Source of the DNA: Octopus sinensis
Lineage: Eukaryota
Length of the DNA: 64,000 nucleotides
Direction of reading: 5' to 3'
Assembly: GCF_006345805.1 (NCBI RefSeq)
Contig: NW_021831825.1
Span: 1-64,000, forward strand
Shown: positions 38,760 through 51,628 of the stretch, in pieces
Layout: each line of letters begins with the position of its first letter
Numbering within the stretch: position 1 is the first letter of the stretch
Notes under the pieces: model-generated
Databases searched by the model: none
The model's input: only the letters and a program-made list of their open reading frames with translations
Told to the model about the DNA's origin: nothing
Made by a program: the position numbers and the translations under genes

Positions 38760-40200
38760 CTCAATGGATGTTCTATCGACCTTACCGTTGCTGGTATCGT
38801 GAGAAAAGATCGGGGTGATTCACAAAGACTCGGAATAATGTTTTTCAGTTTATGGTTGTCTATTTTTGTTATAGGCTTCCTGTCGATTAACTGATTAGAA
38901 GATCCTTCACCATTTAGCACTGAACAATGCTATAAAATGACACACAATTAGCTGGTAAAAAATATTTTTCGATGAAAACAGCTATTGCCAGAGGAATGAA
39001 AAAATACCTGAAATTTTCTTTGCCGTTTCAAATCTTTCAAACCCTCAGTAACAGAATTTTCAATTACGCAGAAAAAAAATCACAGATGTGCGAAATGATT
39101 CTGAATATGTATCACAATCCTTGGCCTGTATTTTTTTTTTAATGACAACACTGGTTCCTGTCAAAAGATTTCTTTTGTTTTTTTCATATAAATGTAGCTT
39201 GATTTCAATTTCCAAACTAATAACAGCATAGCTTTGATTCTACCTTCAAAATGTTAAACTGATCTCGCAGCCTTTGTAGGTTTTCGGTGAACATTTCAAT
39301 GTTATCCTCTTAAAAAATGAACAGCAGCATCTCTTGATTGCAATACCATGTGCAAATTTATTGCAGATCGTACGGCCAGCAAAAATATTGAACCAGACGG
39401 ATGGGGTAATTGTGCATCTAAAAGGGGACGAATTACTCCATTTCTGGTTTTTGGCTCCAAACTAAATTTCAGAACATCCTGCAATGCCAATTTGATATCT
39501 TCAGATCTTGCAAATGCTTTCAGTCAATCGATGTGGTTGACCACTGAGTAATTTATATACGGTGAAATGATTAACAGCTTCTGTGTATTAGGAGAATTTT
39601 GCCATCTTTTTTGACTTCAAGGAAAAATATTACAGATACTACAAATTCAATGTATGACATTATTATGTATAGCCTTTGTAGTCCCGTATAGTTGGCTGCC
39701 AATATTGGCACCATTATCATATCTTCGAAGAGAAAACCATTTTTATTCAATGTTTCCTTTGTCAAGCTTACGATCTCAGAACCTGTTTCTAACACCAATC
39801 TTCAAAAGATAGAAATCTCTCACCAGTGTTAACCTCACAATCTATACTTTGGAGGTAACGAATGATAAATGTTGTCTGTTCGACAATCAAGTGTTGCATC
39901 AGCTGCCAGTGAATGGTATTTTATCTTTGATCTTTGTCTGTTTCAAAACGAGAATGGAGCAAAGAGAAATAAATTCATTTTGTGATTCAGTTGACAAATA
40001 ATGTGTTTTCAACCTTTTCTCTTTCCCTGGCTCCCCACCCCGCTCCCCAATATAGGATTCAAGTACTTTTCTAACACGTTTTTTTCCCCTCAACCGGCAT
40101 CCCAATGAGTCAAAAGTTCAAGCAACCCAACGAATTTATATTTGTGGACTTTGCAAATTAGATGACAGGCACCCGGAATGCTAACCGTCTACCACCCAGA
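38760..40200 (-). mobile_element. hAT Tip100/ZMYM1-like transposase remnant
   Basis: YLSTESQNEFISLC, ADAT.D..EQTTFIIRYL, ERFLSFED, YDNGAN.A..YTGLQ, and C-terminal FLTIPATVRSIEHPLSK (hATC dimerisation-like) across frameshifts. Confidence 0.8.
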
Positions 40201-40499
40201 AATAAAATATCTGTTAAACGGTGTTAAACGGTTAACCATATCTGCTGCAATTTGTTTACATAGAAAATATTCCATGCATGTGTTTGAATGAATTCTTTGT
40301 TCAAGTTCTTTCTATGATACAGAGTTCAATTCATACTAGTTATGACATCCTCGCTCAAAAGTTATGTCATATAATCTTCTCCATAGACCCGTAGACATTT
40401 CATTCATCGTTGTTGTAACTCATACATTAACTCCGTTATTTCCGAAGAGTCAGCGTAGCAAAGAAAATGTTACCTGTTCCATGACGCCTCTCACTAACC

Positions 40500-41000
40500 A
40501 ATCTCTCCCAGACATAAACAGAAAGGGAGTTTGGATCTCTGATTTCCTGAAAGATTGAAGTCAGATGGTGAAGGCTAACGGAGTCCTATCAGAAAAAAAG
40601 TATTTGGTAATATGTAGAGTGCCACAATGACCGTTCTAGATCCCTTTTGGCTGTCACAATGTTGTCAGATACAGAGAAAATATACAATCGATACAGTAGC
40701 TCTGCAGACAACATGGCGATATCTATGTGTCCTAACAAAACTTAGACGCCATATACAATGAGCGAATGACAGTAACGTGTCGTTTAACACCAAATTATTT
40801 TCACAGTCTCCATTACGGAAGGGAAATCCCTAACACAGTGTTCTAACTCGCTCCAAACAGAGAAATAATTCAAAATTCTGAGCATGTTCGAGTTAAGGAC
40901 GAACTGAGGCTACAGATGCGTTTCTCTAAAGGTATTACAAAATTGTTGTTAATCAGGTGAGGACTCAGGGGTTGGATCCTGAGAACGCAGTAATCCCTTG
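40500..41000 (+). mobile_element. CR1/L2-type reverse transcriptase remnant
   Basis: WISDFLKD.SQMVKANGVLS...VPQ.TVLDPLL...ADNM. Confidence 0.6.
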
Positions 41001-41127
41001 TTTTGGATAGTGTTCCCAACTAGGGTCTCATAGCAGTCCAGGTACAATCTTTTGACTGGAAAGATGTTTTTTTTTTAAACATCCACCAAATATAATAATT
41101 GTTTCAATGTAGGGAGAGAGTTATATC

Positions 41128-41361
41128 TCTTTCTTTACTACCCACAAGGGGCTAAACACAGAGAGGACAAACAATGACAGACAAACGGATTAAGTCGATT
41201 ATATCGACCCCAGTACGAAACTGGTACTTATTTAATCGACCCCGAAAGGATGAAAGGCAAAGTCGACCTCGGCGGAATTTGAACTCAGAACGTAGCGGCA
41301 GACGAAATACCGATAAGCATTTCGCCCGGCGTGCTAACGATTCTGCCAGCTCGCCGCCTTG
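41128..41361 (-). mobile_element. SINE-B copy (complete)
   Basis: Tail TTTCTTTACTACCCACAAGGGG through head CTGCCAGCTCGCCGCCTT. Confidence 0.9.
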
Positions 41362-43249
41362 GGATAGAGTTATATCGATTACATCTACCCCATTACCTGA
41401 CTGGTACTTGATTTCATCAATTCTAAAAAACTGAAAATTTCATTGGGAACGCTTCAACGCATTACGTTTCAACCTTTGAGAACGATACTCTAAAAGAACA
41501 ATATTCTAAGATTTTCTTTGACGTACCAGACTGAATCAAAAAGTACAATGATATCCTTTCCTTTTCTTCTTCAAACTTTCGCACGAGGAACAGGAGCTAC
41601 TGGAGTTTGGAATTAAATGCATTTAAATAACCACCTCCGTGGCAATTCAAATTCATTTTTGAAAAATGTCAGATCAACCCTTTGCAGAAAACTATAATCG
41701 CAGCAGAGATGCCTTCACCAATCAGGTCAGCCAAGCAGAGGTAGCATGTACGCAGATAAACCAAACAAAAACATGGGCCTCTCGATATACACAGAGGCAA
41801 CACAAAGTCAATTGAACATTCAATTCCGATGACGGTGTTTCAAGCAATACACTTTATTTCAGATTGCTCCAGTCCGTTCAGCGAGCAAAAGTGAGTTGTA
41901 CTCGTATTTAAAACGCCAGCCATGTCACATTTGGTGTGTAACGCTGAATCTCCCCGAGAACTACGTTATGGGTACGCGTGTCTGTGGGGTACTGAGCCAC
42001 TTGCATGTTAATTTCCCGAACGGGCTGTTCCATTGACCAGATATATATATATCTTTATATATATATATATAAAACTGAGAATGTATGTCTGTTTCCCTAA
42101 AACTTGAGAACTACACAACCAATTTCATTCAAATTTTACACATGCCTTACTTAAGGTCCATGTAGTTTCATGGGGAAAAAATGTTCAACTTCTTGCCTAG
42201 GGCGACCCCACAGCAATATCATATCTTCTCCACTATTTCAGTATTACGTGTTAAAAGTGAAACAAAAACATCTCTCTTTTGTAATGCAGACACTTTCATT
42301 TTAATACTGAAACTATTAAAGTGAAAGTATTATATAACAGGGATGAACCATTAACAGTGGTCATCCATTTTGCTAGAAGATCCGCTATGGTCTTATATGC
42401 TACACCACTGGTTTTCAGTTCATATTAATCGAATTAATATTCAATTTTTCACCCTTATTATGTGTGTGTGTGTGTGTATTAGCAATTCGTATAAAATTGC
42501 ATCAATGACTTGAACTTGAATAAGTGGTTTCACATAAATGGGGATAAATTAAAAAGGTTTATTGTTATTATTATTACTGTTTGGCTATTGTAATCACGTT
42601 TGTTGGTTCCTCGTTAGGGAAACGTTGTTGTGTTGCATTTGTTAACTAATTGTAAACCGTAACCCTCCCCCTTTGGTTATTGTTTAAAAATTGAATTGCG
42701 TCCCTGTTTGGGGAAATTGACAATATTTTCACCGTTTACACGGAAGCATTTTTGTTAAAATGCCTTCGATAAAAGAAAGTCTAAAAATGAATTTCGCTGC
42801 AGCCGTACACTTCTATACAAGAGGGAGGACAAGATCCAATTGATCGAAATTGCAAGAGACGGGCGTACAATTCCAGTCTGTTATATATTTTGAGTATTGT
42901 TATCACTAGCGATATCAAGATATAACTTTGTATTTTGTATTTTATGGGTAGATGTATATATATAGATGTACATGTAATATGTACACATATATATACACAT
43001 ATATACATGCATAATATATCTACCCATACACACATACGCACACACACACACATACATAGGGGCAGGTGTGGCTGTGTGGTAACAAACTACGTTCCAAACA
43101 CATGGTCCTGGGTTCAGTCCCACTGTGTGGTGACTTGGCATGTGTCTTCTGCTATAGCCTCAGACCAACAAAAGCCTTCTCAGTGGATTTTGTACATATA
43201 TACAGGCATACATACATATATATACATGCATACGTACATATTCGGCATA

Positions 43250-46190
43250 AACACTCTACCACTACAACTAATAACTGTGGGAACACTCTCAAACTTGCCT
43301 TACATTCGAACCGGAATCTCAACGCCCGCGTTTTCCATCTGAAGTTAATCTCTCTCATGGAGCTCATAAAAAAAGGGCAAGTCTTTGGGCCCATACAATG
43401 TGACATGTACACAATCGAGTGGCAAAAAGGGGGCCTTCCACATGCTCATATCCTGCTTTGGCTCTCAGCGAAGATCAATTCCAATGACATCGACAACATA
43501 ATCTCTGCAGAGCTTCCTGATCCAGCTTTAGACAAAGAACTATACGAAATAGTTAAAGCAAACATGGTACATGGTCCATGTGGGCGTGGATTCAACATAA
43601 ACTCACCATGCTTGAAGGACAGCATATGTTCAAAAAGATTTCCAAGGAGGTTTCTACAAGAAACTCAGACAGGTGCTGATGGGTATCCATCATACAGACG
43701 CAGAAAACCAGAAGACGGAGGTTTCACAGCAACTATCGGACAGCACGATATTGATAATAGATGGATTGTTCCATACTGCCCACTTCTGTCAAAGACTTTC
43801 AATGCCCACATCAACGTTGAGTTTTGCAACTCCGTTAAATCCATCAAGTACGTTTGCAAATATGTAAACAAGGGTTCTGACGCTGCAATGTTTGGACTTC
43901 AACAAGAATACTGCCAGGATGACGTGACGCATTATAAGGTGGGACGGTACATAAGTAGCAACGAGGCTTTCTGCCGCATCTTTGGCTTTCCAATTCACCA
44001 ACGACACCCCGCCATTCAACAACTTGCAGTGCACCTGGAAAATGGTCAAACAGTGTACTTCACCGATGCTAAATGCTTCTTTGTTGGCAGAGGAACCAAG
44101 GGACAGCACACTCACAGCTTTCTTCAAGTTTTGTCAAGTGGATCCGTTCGCTCAAACCTTGCTGTATCCACAGATTCCATCGTACTACAGTTGGAATGGA
44201 AAAAATGGGCCACACAGAAAGCAGGTCAAAATGTTCATGGATACCTTGGCATTAAGTTTCACACTTGCCTTGGGCGAGTATACATAATGCATCCCACTCA
44301 ACAAGAGTGCTTCTACCTTCGTCTACTACTGCATGAGGTCAGAGGGCCAACATCTTTCCAGGCCCTAAAAACCGTTCATGGACATGTCTGCACAACATAC
44401 AGAGAAACCTGCTATCGACAAGGTCTGTTAGAAGATGGTGCACAATGGGATGCAACTTTAGGAGAAGCTGCTTTATCACAATCACCTAAAAGTCTCAGGG
44501 CACTATTTGCAGTATTACTACAGGCATGCGAACTGTGTGATCCGGCCACTCTATGGCTCAAATATAGAGACAACCTGGCTGAAGACTTTCAGCGCCAAGC
44601 TCAACTGCTCTACCCTGACATGGAGGGTATCAGCAATGAAATCTATAACAAAACACTCATTGACATTGAAGACAGAATTGCTAAACTGGGTGGAAATGAA
44701 TTGTCGACGTATGGCCTGCCACACGCATTCAGGTCAGGATCAAATAGCCTTCCCACTGCTGTCATTCGTAAAACAACCTACGACACTCAAGCGCTTTCAA
44801 AGTACATTGTTGAAAATGAGCCTAAATTACTTCCGGACCAGCTGCAGGCCTACAGAACTATTCTTAACAGTGTACGCCAACGCGAGGGACGAATCTTCTT
44901 CCTCGATGCTCCTGGAGGGACAGGAAAAACATTTATTACAAAGCTTCTCCTTGCAGAAGTTAGGCAGCATCAGGACATTGCAGTAGCTGTAGCCTCCTCT
45001 GGCATTGCAGATACTTTGTTACCCGGTGGCAGGACAGCACACTCAACTTTTAAACTCCCTCTCAATTTAGCAGCATCCGAAATACCTTCATGCAACATCA
45101 ACAAAAGCTCAGATCAGGGACAAGTACTTAAAATGTGTCATCTAATTGTCTGGGATGAGTGCACTATGGCTCACAAGGGAGTTTTGGAAGCATTAGATAT
45201 AGCCCTGAAAGATAGCCGAGACTGTCAGGCTCCAATGGGAGGTGTAACACTTCTGTTGTCAGGTGATTTCAGGCAAACTCTTCCTGTTATTCCGAAAGGC
45301 ACTAGAGCAGATGAAGTCCAAGCATGCCTAAAGTCCTCTACCCTGTGGCATCATGTTACAATCCTCAGTTTCACCACTAACATGAGAGCTCAGCTACACG
45401 ACGACAAAATGTCCACAAAGTTTGCACAGGACATTTTGACACTTGGTGAAGGCAAGATGCCTCTCGATGCTGCAGGACAAATGGAAGTGCGGTCATTTTC
45501 CTCTGTTGTTAATTCTGTAGATGACCTCAAAAACGAAGTCTTTCCCAACTTCACACAAAACTACCAAAATCACAATTGGCTGTGTGAAAGAGCAATATTA
45601 GCTCCAAAAAACGTCGCTGTTAACAAAATTAATCAACAGCTAATGCATTCTCTTCCCGGCACTATACACACTTACAAGTCTGTTGATACAATTCCAGATA
45701 TAAATGAAGTTGTGACCTATCCTCCTGAATTTTAAAATTCACTGGAGCCTCCTGGACTACCTCCACACATATTAGCACTTAAAGTTGGAACTCCTGTAAT
45801 GCTACTCCGCAATCTGGAACCACCAAGACTTTGCAATGGAACACGACTGGTGATAAAGAAAATGATGTCACACGTTATCGAGGCGATCATTCTTTCTGGA
45901 TGTGGAAAAGGTGATGACGTCTTTATTCCAAGAATTCCTCTTACTCCATCAGAAGCAGAATTCCATTTACATTCAGAAGACTGCATTTCCCCCTTTGTGT
46001 CAGCTTTGCCATGTCCATTAATAAATCTCAGGGTCAAACCCTCTCTGTAGCTGGTCTTCTCTTGGAAGAGCCCTGCTTCTCTCATGGGCAACTGTATGTT
46101 GGCCGCTCAAGAGTAGAAACCAAAAGAAACCTTTTTGTATATGCTCCACAAGGAAAAACAAGGAACATTGTTTACAACGAGGTGTTATAA
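43250..46190 (+). pseudogene. Helitron Rep (HUH) / PIF1-family helicase, 5'-truncated and disrupted
   Basis: EWQKGGLPHAHIL (HUH), KYVCKYVNKG, FFLDAPGGTGKTF (Walker A), LIVWDECTM (Walker B), [48 protein letters not shown]. Nonsense TAA at 45733 where TTA Leu is expected, later frameshifts, Rep motif 1 absent. Confidence 0.93.
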
Positions 46191-46265
46191 TCTCAACAGC
46201 CAGGAGGTATATACATGATCCCCTTTTTTTTAACAAACTTCATGTACTTTCATGTATTTATATTA

Positions 46266-46319
<54 letters not shown>

Positions 46320-46363
46320 CCATATATATATAACAGAAAAATCTAATTCTTCAATTGAATGTA

Positions 46364-46391
46364 ACCGGGCAACGCCGGGTATCTCTGCTAG
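46364..46391 (+). terminator. Helitron 3' hairpin terminator and CTAG end
   Basis: 7-bp stem with one mismatch, AAC loop, 7 nt upstream of CTAG. Confidence 0.85.
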
Positions 46392-47296
46392 TCTCTATAT
46401 ATAAAACTGAGAATGTGTGTCTGTCTGCCTGTCTGTCGGTGTGTTTCCCTAAAATTTGAGAACTACACAACCAATTTCATTCAAATTTTACACATGCCTT
46501 ACTTAGGGTCCATGTAGTTTCATGGCAAAAAAAAATGTTCAGCTTCTTGCCTAGGGCGAGCCCATAGCAATATCATATCTTCTCCACTATTTCAGTATTA
46601 CGTGTTAAAAGTGAAACAAAAACATTTCTCTATTTTATGTCAGATACTTTTACTTTAACAATAAAAATAATAATAACAATTGAATTATATGTAGTAAGTA
46701 ATAATTAAAATCAAACTAAAGTATAATATAATCGTAACATAGCAAAAGTAAAAATAGCAATTGGTATAAAATTGCATCAATGACTTGAACTTGAATAAGT
46801 GGTTTCACATGAATGGGAATAAATTAAAAATAAAATTAGCGTGCAGAAATGGAATAGTCCAGATGGAGTTGTGCTTTTACATTAGATTATCTGCTAATTA
46901 GCTAGCTTTAAGTATCTATATGAAGTTTGGCTGTATGTAATATCTGTTTTCTCGAACAGCCGCTCCTACAGAGTACTACTGTCGGTTTATTTCTTATACA
47001 TAAAGGACTAAAGCTTCAAATGCTTACTGCTTTCTGATTCATCGTAAGGTTTGTTGTTATTATTATTATTACTGTTTAACTATTATTATCACGTTTGTTG
47101 GTTCCTCGTAAAGGAAACATTGTTGTGTTGCATTTGTTAAATAATTGTAAACTGTAACCCTCCCCCTTTGGAAGAAGGAGCTTTGGTTATTGTTTAAAAA
47201 TTGAATTGTGTCCCTGTTTGGGAAAATTGACAATATTTTCACCGTTTACACGGAAGCATTTTTGTTAGAATGCCTTCGATAGAAGAAAGTCCAAAA

Positions 47297-47795
47297 ATGA
47301 ATTTCGCTGCTGCCGTCGGCGGGCGCGAACTCATTGAAACTAAAATGGAAGAAAAACGGATTGATCACCGACAAAGACGGTGAATCTAGGATAACACCAC
47401 CAAACGAAATAAAAAATTAAAGAAAAGACTATTGTCTATAAAGTATACAATATATATATATAAAAAAAAGATTTGAACACCTGGAAGAAAGCACCATCGA
47501 AAAGTGTCTTGGTGCGACTATGAAAGATATCTAACCAGAGGCGGTAAATTCGCCGCAATAGAAGCAAGGTTCGAGTCTACGGAGCGTGCAAGGGAATACT
47601 CGACACGAACCTTGCAAAGTGGAAATATTTTATTTTTACCTTTATATCTGGGACGTAGGACGTCCCGGATAAGAATTAAAAATGTCCCCCCAGAAGTAGA
47701 GGTAGGCTGGATTGTAGCCACACTTCTATACAAGAGGGAGGGCGAGATACAATTAATCGAAATTGCAAGAGACGAGCCTACAATTCCAGTCTGTT
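47297..47795 (+). pseudogene. Captured L1/Tx1-type ORF1 (gag-like/RRM-like) N-terminal fragment inside the Helitron
   Basis: MNFAAAVGGRELIETKMEEKRID..., KTIVYKVYNI, TRGGKFAAIEARFESTERAREYS..., RIRIKNVPPEVEVGWIVATLL; stops and frameshifts present; deleted version at 42789-42880. Confidence 0.6.
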
Positions 47796-47928
47796 ATATA
47801 TTTTGAGTATTGTTATCACTAGCGATATCAAGATATAACTTTGTATTTTGTATTTTATGTGTAGATATATATATATATATAGATGTACATGTAATATGTA
47901 CACATATATATACACATATATACATGCA

Positions 47929-47967
47929 CTAGCACTAAGACCCGGCAACGACGAGTCATAATGCTAG
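47929..47967. terminator. 39-bp palindromic CTAG...CTAG Helitron terminator cassette
   Basis: A|CTAGCACTAAGACCCGGC-AAC-GACGAGTCATAATGCTAG|T. Confidence 0.75.
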
Positions 47968-48719
47968 TATATATATATATATATATATATACATATATAT
48001 AAATATATATATATATATACTACGGGCTTCTTTCAGATTCCGTGTAGGAAATGAACTCCACCCGAGACTCTAATAGAAGACACATTACCAAGGTGCCACG
48101 CAATGAGACTGAATCTGGAATCGTGAGATCATGTGTTTCGTAAGATAACTTCTTACCACAGAGCCATTTTTTTTTAAAAAGAAAGGTGATAAGTATATGT
48201 CACGCCATTTGCAAACCATTTGGCTATACAATATGTCTGCGGATGGGAAAAAAAAAATGAAAAAAAGCAAGAGCGGGAACAACTGTACACGTGCTTCGAT
48301 TCTGTTGTTGCTGCGACAATGTAAAACCTGAATCTAGTCGTAGCAGAAAACGTCGTAAAATTCGAATACTTTGTATCGATACGTGAATTTCTACATTGAA
48401 ATTGCTTGACCTACGGATTTTGACATCGAAAAAAAAAAAGAAGAAAGAAATCGAAATTAAAAACAAGGTATTATGATAGCAATATGAATAAATATTTTGT
48501 AAATATAACGAGAATATTTTTTTTTAGATAAAGTTTAACAAAGGGCTCAATGAAATAAAATAATTCAATTTCATAGCGATAATGTAATAACATGACAATA
48601 TAATTTTCATATATTTTTATATTACAGCTCAGAAATTAAATTATTCTTTTTCATTGGGCCCGTTGTTAAACTTTGCATAAAAAACATAATACAGCCATAT
48701 TTACGATAAAGTTATTCCT

Positions 48720-48744
48720 ATTGCATATATATATGTATCTATAC

Positions 48745-48814
<70 letters not shown>

Positions 48815-48881
48815 GTATGTATATATACATATATATATGTATATATATATATGTATGTATGTATATATATATGTATATATG

Positions 48882-48914
<33 letters not shown>

Positions 48915-48934
48915 GTATATAATGTATATATATA

Positions 48935-48966
<32 letters not shown>

Positions 48967-49105
48967 TCATATATATGTGTGTGTGTGTGTGTTGTGTGTG
49001 TGTGTGTTGTGTGTATGTATGTAAGTATATAGCATATATGCATATGTAGGTATGTGTGCATGTATGTATGTGTTTGTGCATATATATTGATATATATGTG
49101 TGTAG

Positions 49106-49152
<47 letters not shown>

Positions 49153-49216
49153 CATGAGTCTCTCTCTCTCTATATATATATATCTATCTATCTATCTATA
49201 TATATATATACATATG

Positions 49217-49254
<38 letters not shown>

Positions 49255-49356
49255 TACACATATGTATGTATGCATATATATTTGCAACATATACACGTTC
49301 TCATGGAATTGGGCTACAAAGTGTGCGTGTGTATGTATGTGATCGTGCGTGTGTAT

Positions 49357-49395
<39 letters not shown>

Positions 49396-49400
49396 AACTC
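48720..49400. repeat. (TA)n/(TG)n/(TATG)n compound microsatellite
   Basis: Simple repeat. Confidence 0.95.
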
Positions 49401-49555
49401 TAAAGTGCAATAGCAGGGACTGGAGAGGCTGCCGAGAGTTGAGGAGAGCGGAGGGGGTGGGGGTAGAATGACAAATGAGTTTCGATAAGAGAACAAAGAG
49501 TAGATATCGAAAGAAAAAGACAAGGGAGAGAGAGAGAGAGAGAGAGAGACAGTGA

Positions 49556-49595
<40 letters not shown>

Positions 49596-49659
49596 GAGAG
49601 CGAAAGAAAGAAATGGAAAAAAACCCCAGGAAAGAAAAAGGGAAACAATTTTATAGATG

Positions 49660-51080
49660 TATCGTCTGCGTGTGCGTGTGTGTGCGTGTGTGTGTATGTG
49701 TGTGTGTGTGTGTGTGTGCGATAAATTTTATAGGTAGCTGCTGTAGTGTACCATTCTGTGTGTGTGTGTGTGCGTGCGTATGTGTGTGCGTGTGCGTGTG
49801 TGTATGTGTGTGTGCGTGTGTGTGTGTGCGTGCGTGTGCGTGTGTGTGTATGTGTGTGTGTGCGTGCGTATGTATGTCTGTGTGTGTGTGTGTGTGCGTG
49901 TGTGTGTGTATGTGTGTGCGTGCGTATGTGTGTGTGTGTGCGTGTGCGTGTGTGTGTACGTGTGCGTGTATGTGTATGTGTGTGTGTGCGATAAATTTTA
50001 TAGGCAGCTACTGTAGTGTACCATTGTGTGTGTGCGTGCGTATGTGTGTGCGTATGTGCGTGCCTATCTGTGTGTGTGTGCTGTAGTGTATGGTATATGA
50101 ATGTGGTGGTGCGCTTGTGTGTGGTAATAACTGTTTATGTCAGTGTGTGTGTGTGTGTGTGTGTGTGTACGTGCAATTGTGCTCATGAGAGCGTGTGTAT
50201 TGGGAAGTCTGTAGTTGTGTGTGTGTGTGCGTGTGTGTATCTGTGTGTGTATGTCTGTGCGTGTGAGTGTGCGTAAGTGTGTGCGTGTGTGTATCTGTGT
50301 GTGTATGTCTGTGCGTGTGAGTGTGTGTAAGTGTGTGCGTGTGTGTATCTGTGTGTGTATGTCTGTGCGTGTGAGTGTGTGTAAGTGTGTGCGTGTGTGT
50401 ATCTGTGTGTGTATGTCTGTGCGTGTGAGTGTGTGTAAGTGTGTGCGTGTGTGTATCTGTATGTGTATGTCAGTACGTGTGAGTGTGTGTAAGTGTGTGC
50501 GTGTGTGTATATGTGTGTGTATGTCTGTGCGTGTGAGTGTGTGTAAGTGTGTGCGTGTGTGTATCTGTATGTGTATGTCAGTACGTGTGAGTGTGTGTAA
50601 GTGTGTGCGTGTGTGTATATGTGTGTGTATGTCTGTGCGTGTGAGTGTGTGTGTGTGCGTGTGTGTATATCTGTATGTGTATGTTTGTGCGTGTGAGTGT
50701 GTGTGTGTGTGTGTGTACGTGCAATTGTGCTCGTGAGAGCGTGTGTATTGGGAAGTCTGTAGTTGTGTGTGTGTGTGTATCTGTATGTGTATGTTTGTGC
50801 GTGTGAGTGTGTGTGTGTGTGTGTGTACGTGCAATTGTGCTCGTGAGAGCGTGTGTATTGGGAAGTCTGTAGTTGTGTGTGTGTGTGTATCTGTATGTGT
50901 ATGTTTGTGCGTGTGAGTGCGTGTGAGTGTGTGTAAGTGTGTGAGTGTGTGTATATGTATGTATGTATGCACGCGCATGTGTATGTATGTGTTTGTGCGT
51001 GTATGCATATGTGTCTATATGTATGTGTGTGTGTGTGCGTGTGTGTGTGCGTGTGCATATGTGTGTGTGCGTGTGTGATG
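49660..51080. repeat. (GT)n-derived array with 54-bp higher-order units and duplicated unique spacers
   Basis: 54-bp period (18-aa repeat in ORF 50215) over ~50230-50650; spacer ACGTGCAATTGTGCTC...GGGAAGTCTGTAGTT present three times. Confidence 0.9.
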
Positions 51081-51589
51081 CTGGTTATTCGTAGTAATGT
51101 ATATTCACGTTGTTCTTATGTAACCAAACATTGGCCTTGATCGACACTCCTTTAACCAAAGAATTTCCATTCGTGACCATCCCATTTATTTTACACACCC
51201 ATAGTAGATCCACAACCGCATCATCTACTCTGTCCTTTATTTCATGACGCCGAGTTAAGGAGCATTTCGCTGCTATTTCTAGCCGATCGAGAGACCATGT
51301 GGAGGCTCTCTCATTTGTTTGTGCTGTTATCTTTCGTTAAATAGACTTCTAAACCCAGTAAACCCCACACACGTTCCAGCCAAGACCATTATGTATATTT
51401 AGGGATTTAAGGGACTACATTATTTAATATGCCCTTTATTTGACACAGAAGCGTGTGATTTAAAAATGTTTTGTCTACTATTTCTAGCAGGTCGGTCTAC
51501 CATGTAGGAGCTCTTATCACTTTATCTGGTGTGTTTATAAATATATTGATAAATGAATGTGTGTGTGTGTGAGAGAGAGAGAGAGAAGA

Positions 51590-51628
<39 letters not shown>

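Larger units (their letters stand above)
42052..46391 (+). mobile_element. Helitron copy 1 (defective RepHel-bearing)
   Basis: A|TCTTTATAT...AAAACTGAG 5' end; 3' hairpin ACCGGGCAACGCCGGGT (46364-46380) then CTAG (46388-46391); RepHel inside. Confidence 0.9.
46392..47967 (+). mobile_element. Helitron copy 2 (non-coding derivative fused head-to-tail to copy 1)
   Basis: Starts TCTCTATATATAAAACTGAG directly after CTAG; colinear with 42052-43010 apart from indels; ends in the palindromic CTAG cassette. Confidence 0.88.

Noticed and set aside
43066-43250. N-terminus of the 889-aa ORF as a genuine Helitron protein start
   Set aside because: It is translated from a decayed SINE-A head and microsatellite; Rep homology begins only near LNARVFHLKL.
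48200-48470. Unique-looking sequence with a polypyrimidine tract and AG on the minus strand as a host exon
   Set aside because: No recognisable domain and no convincing donor site; cannot be supported without transcript data.
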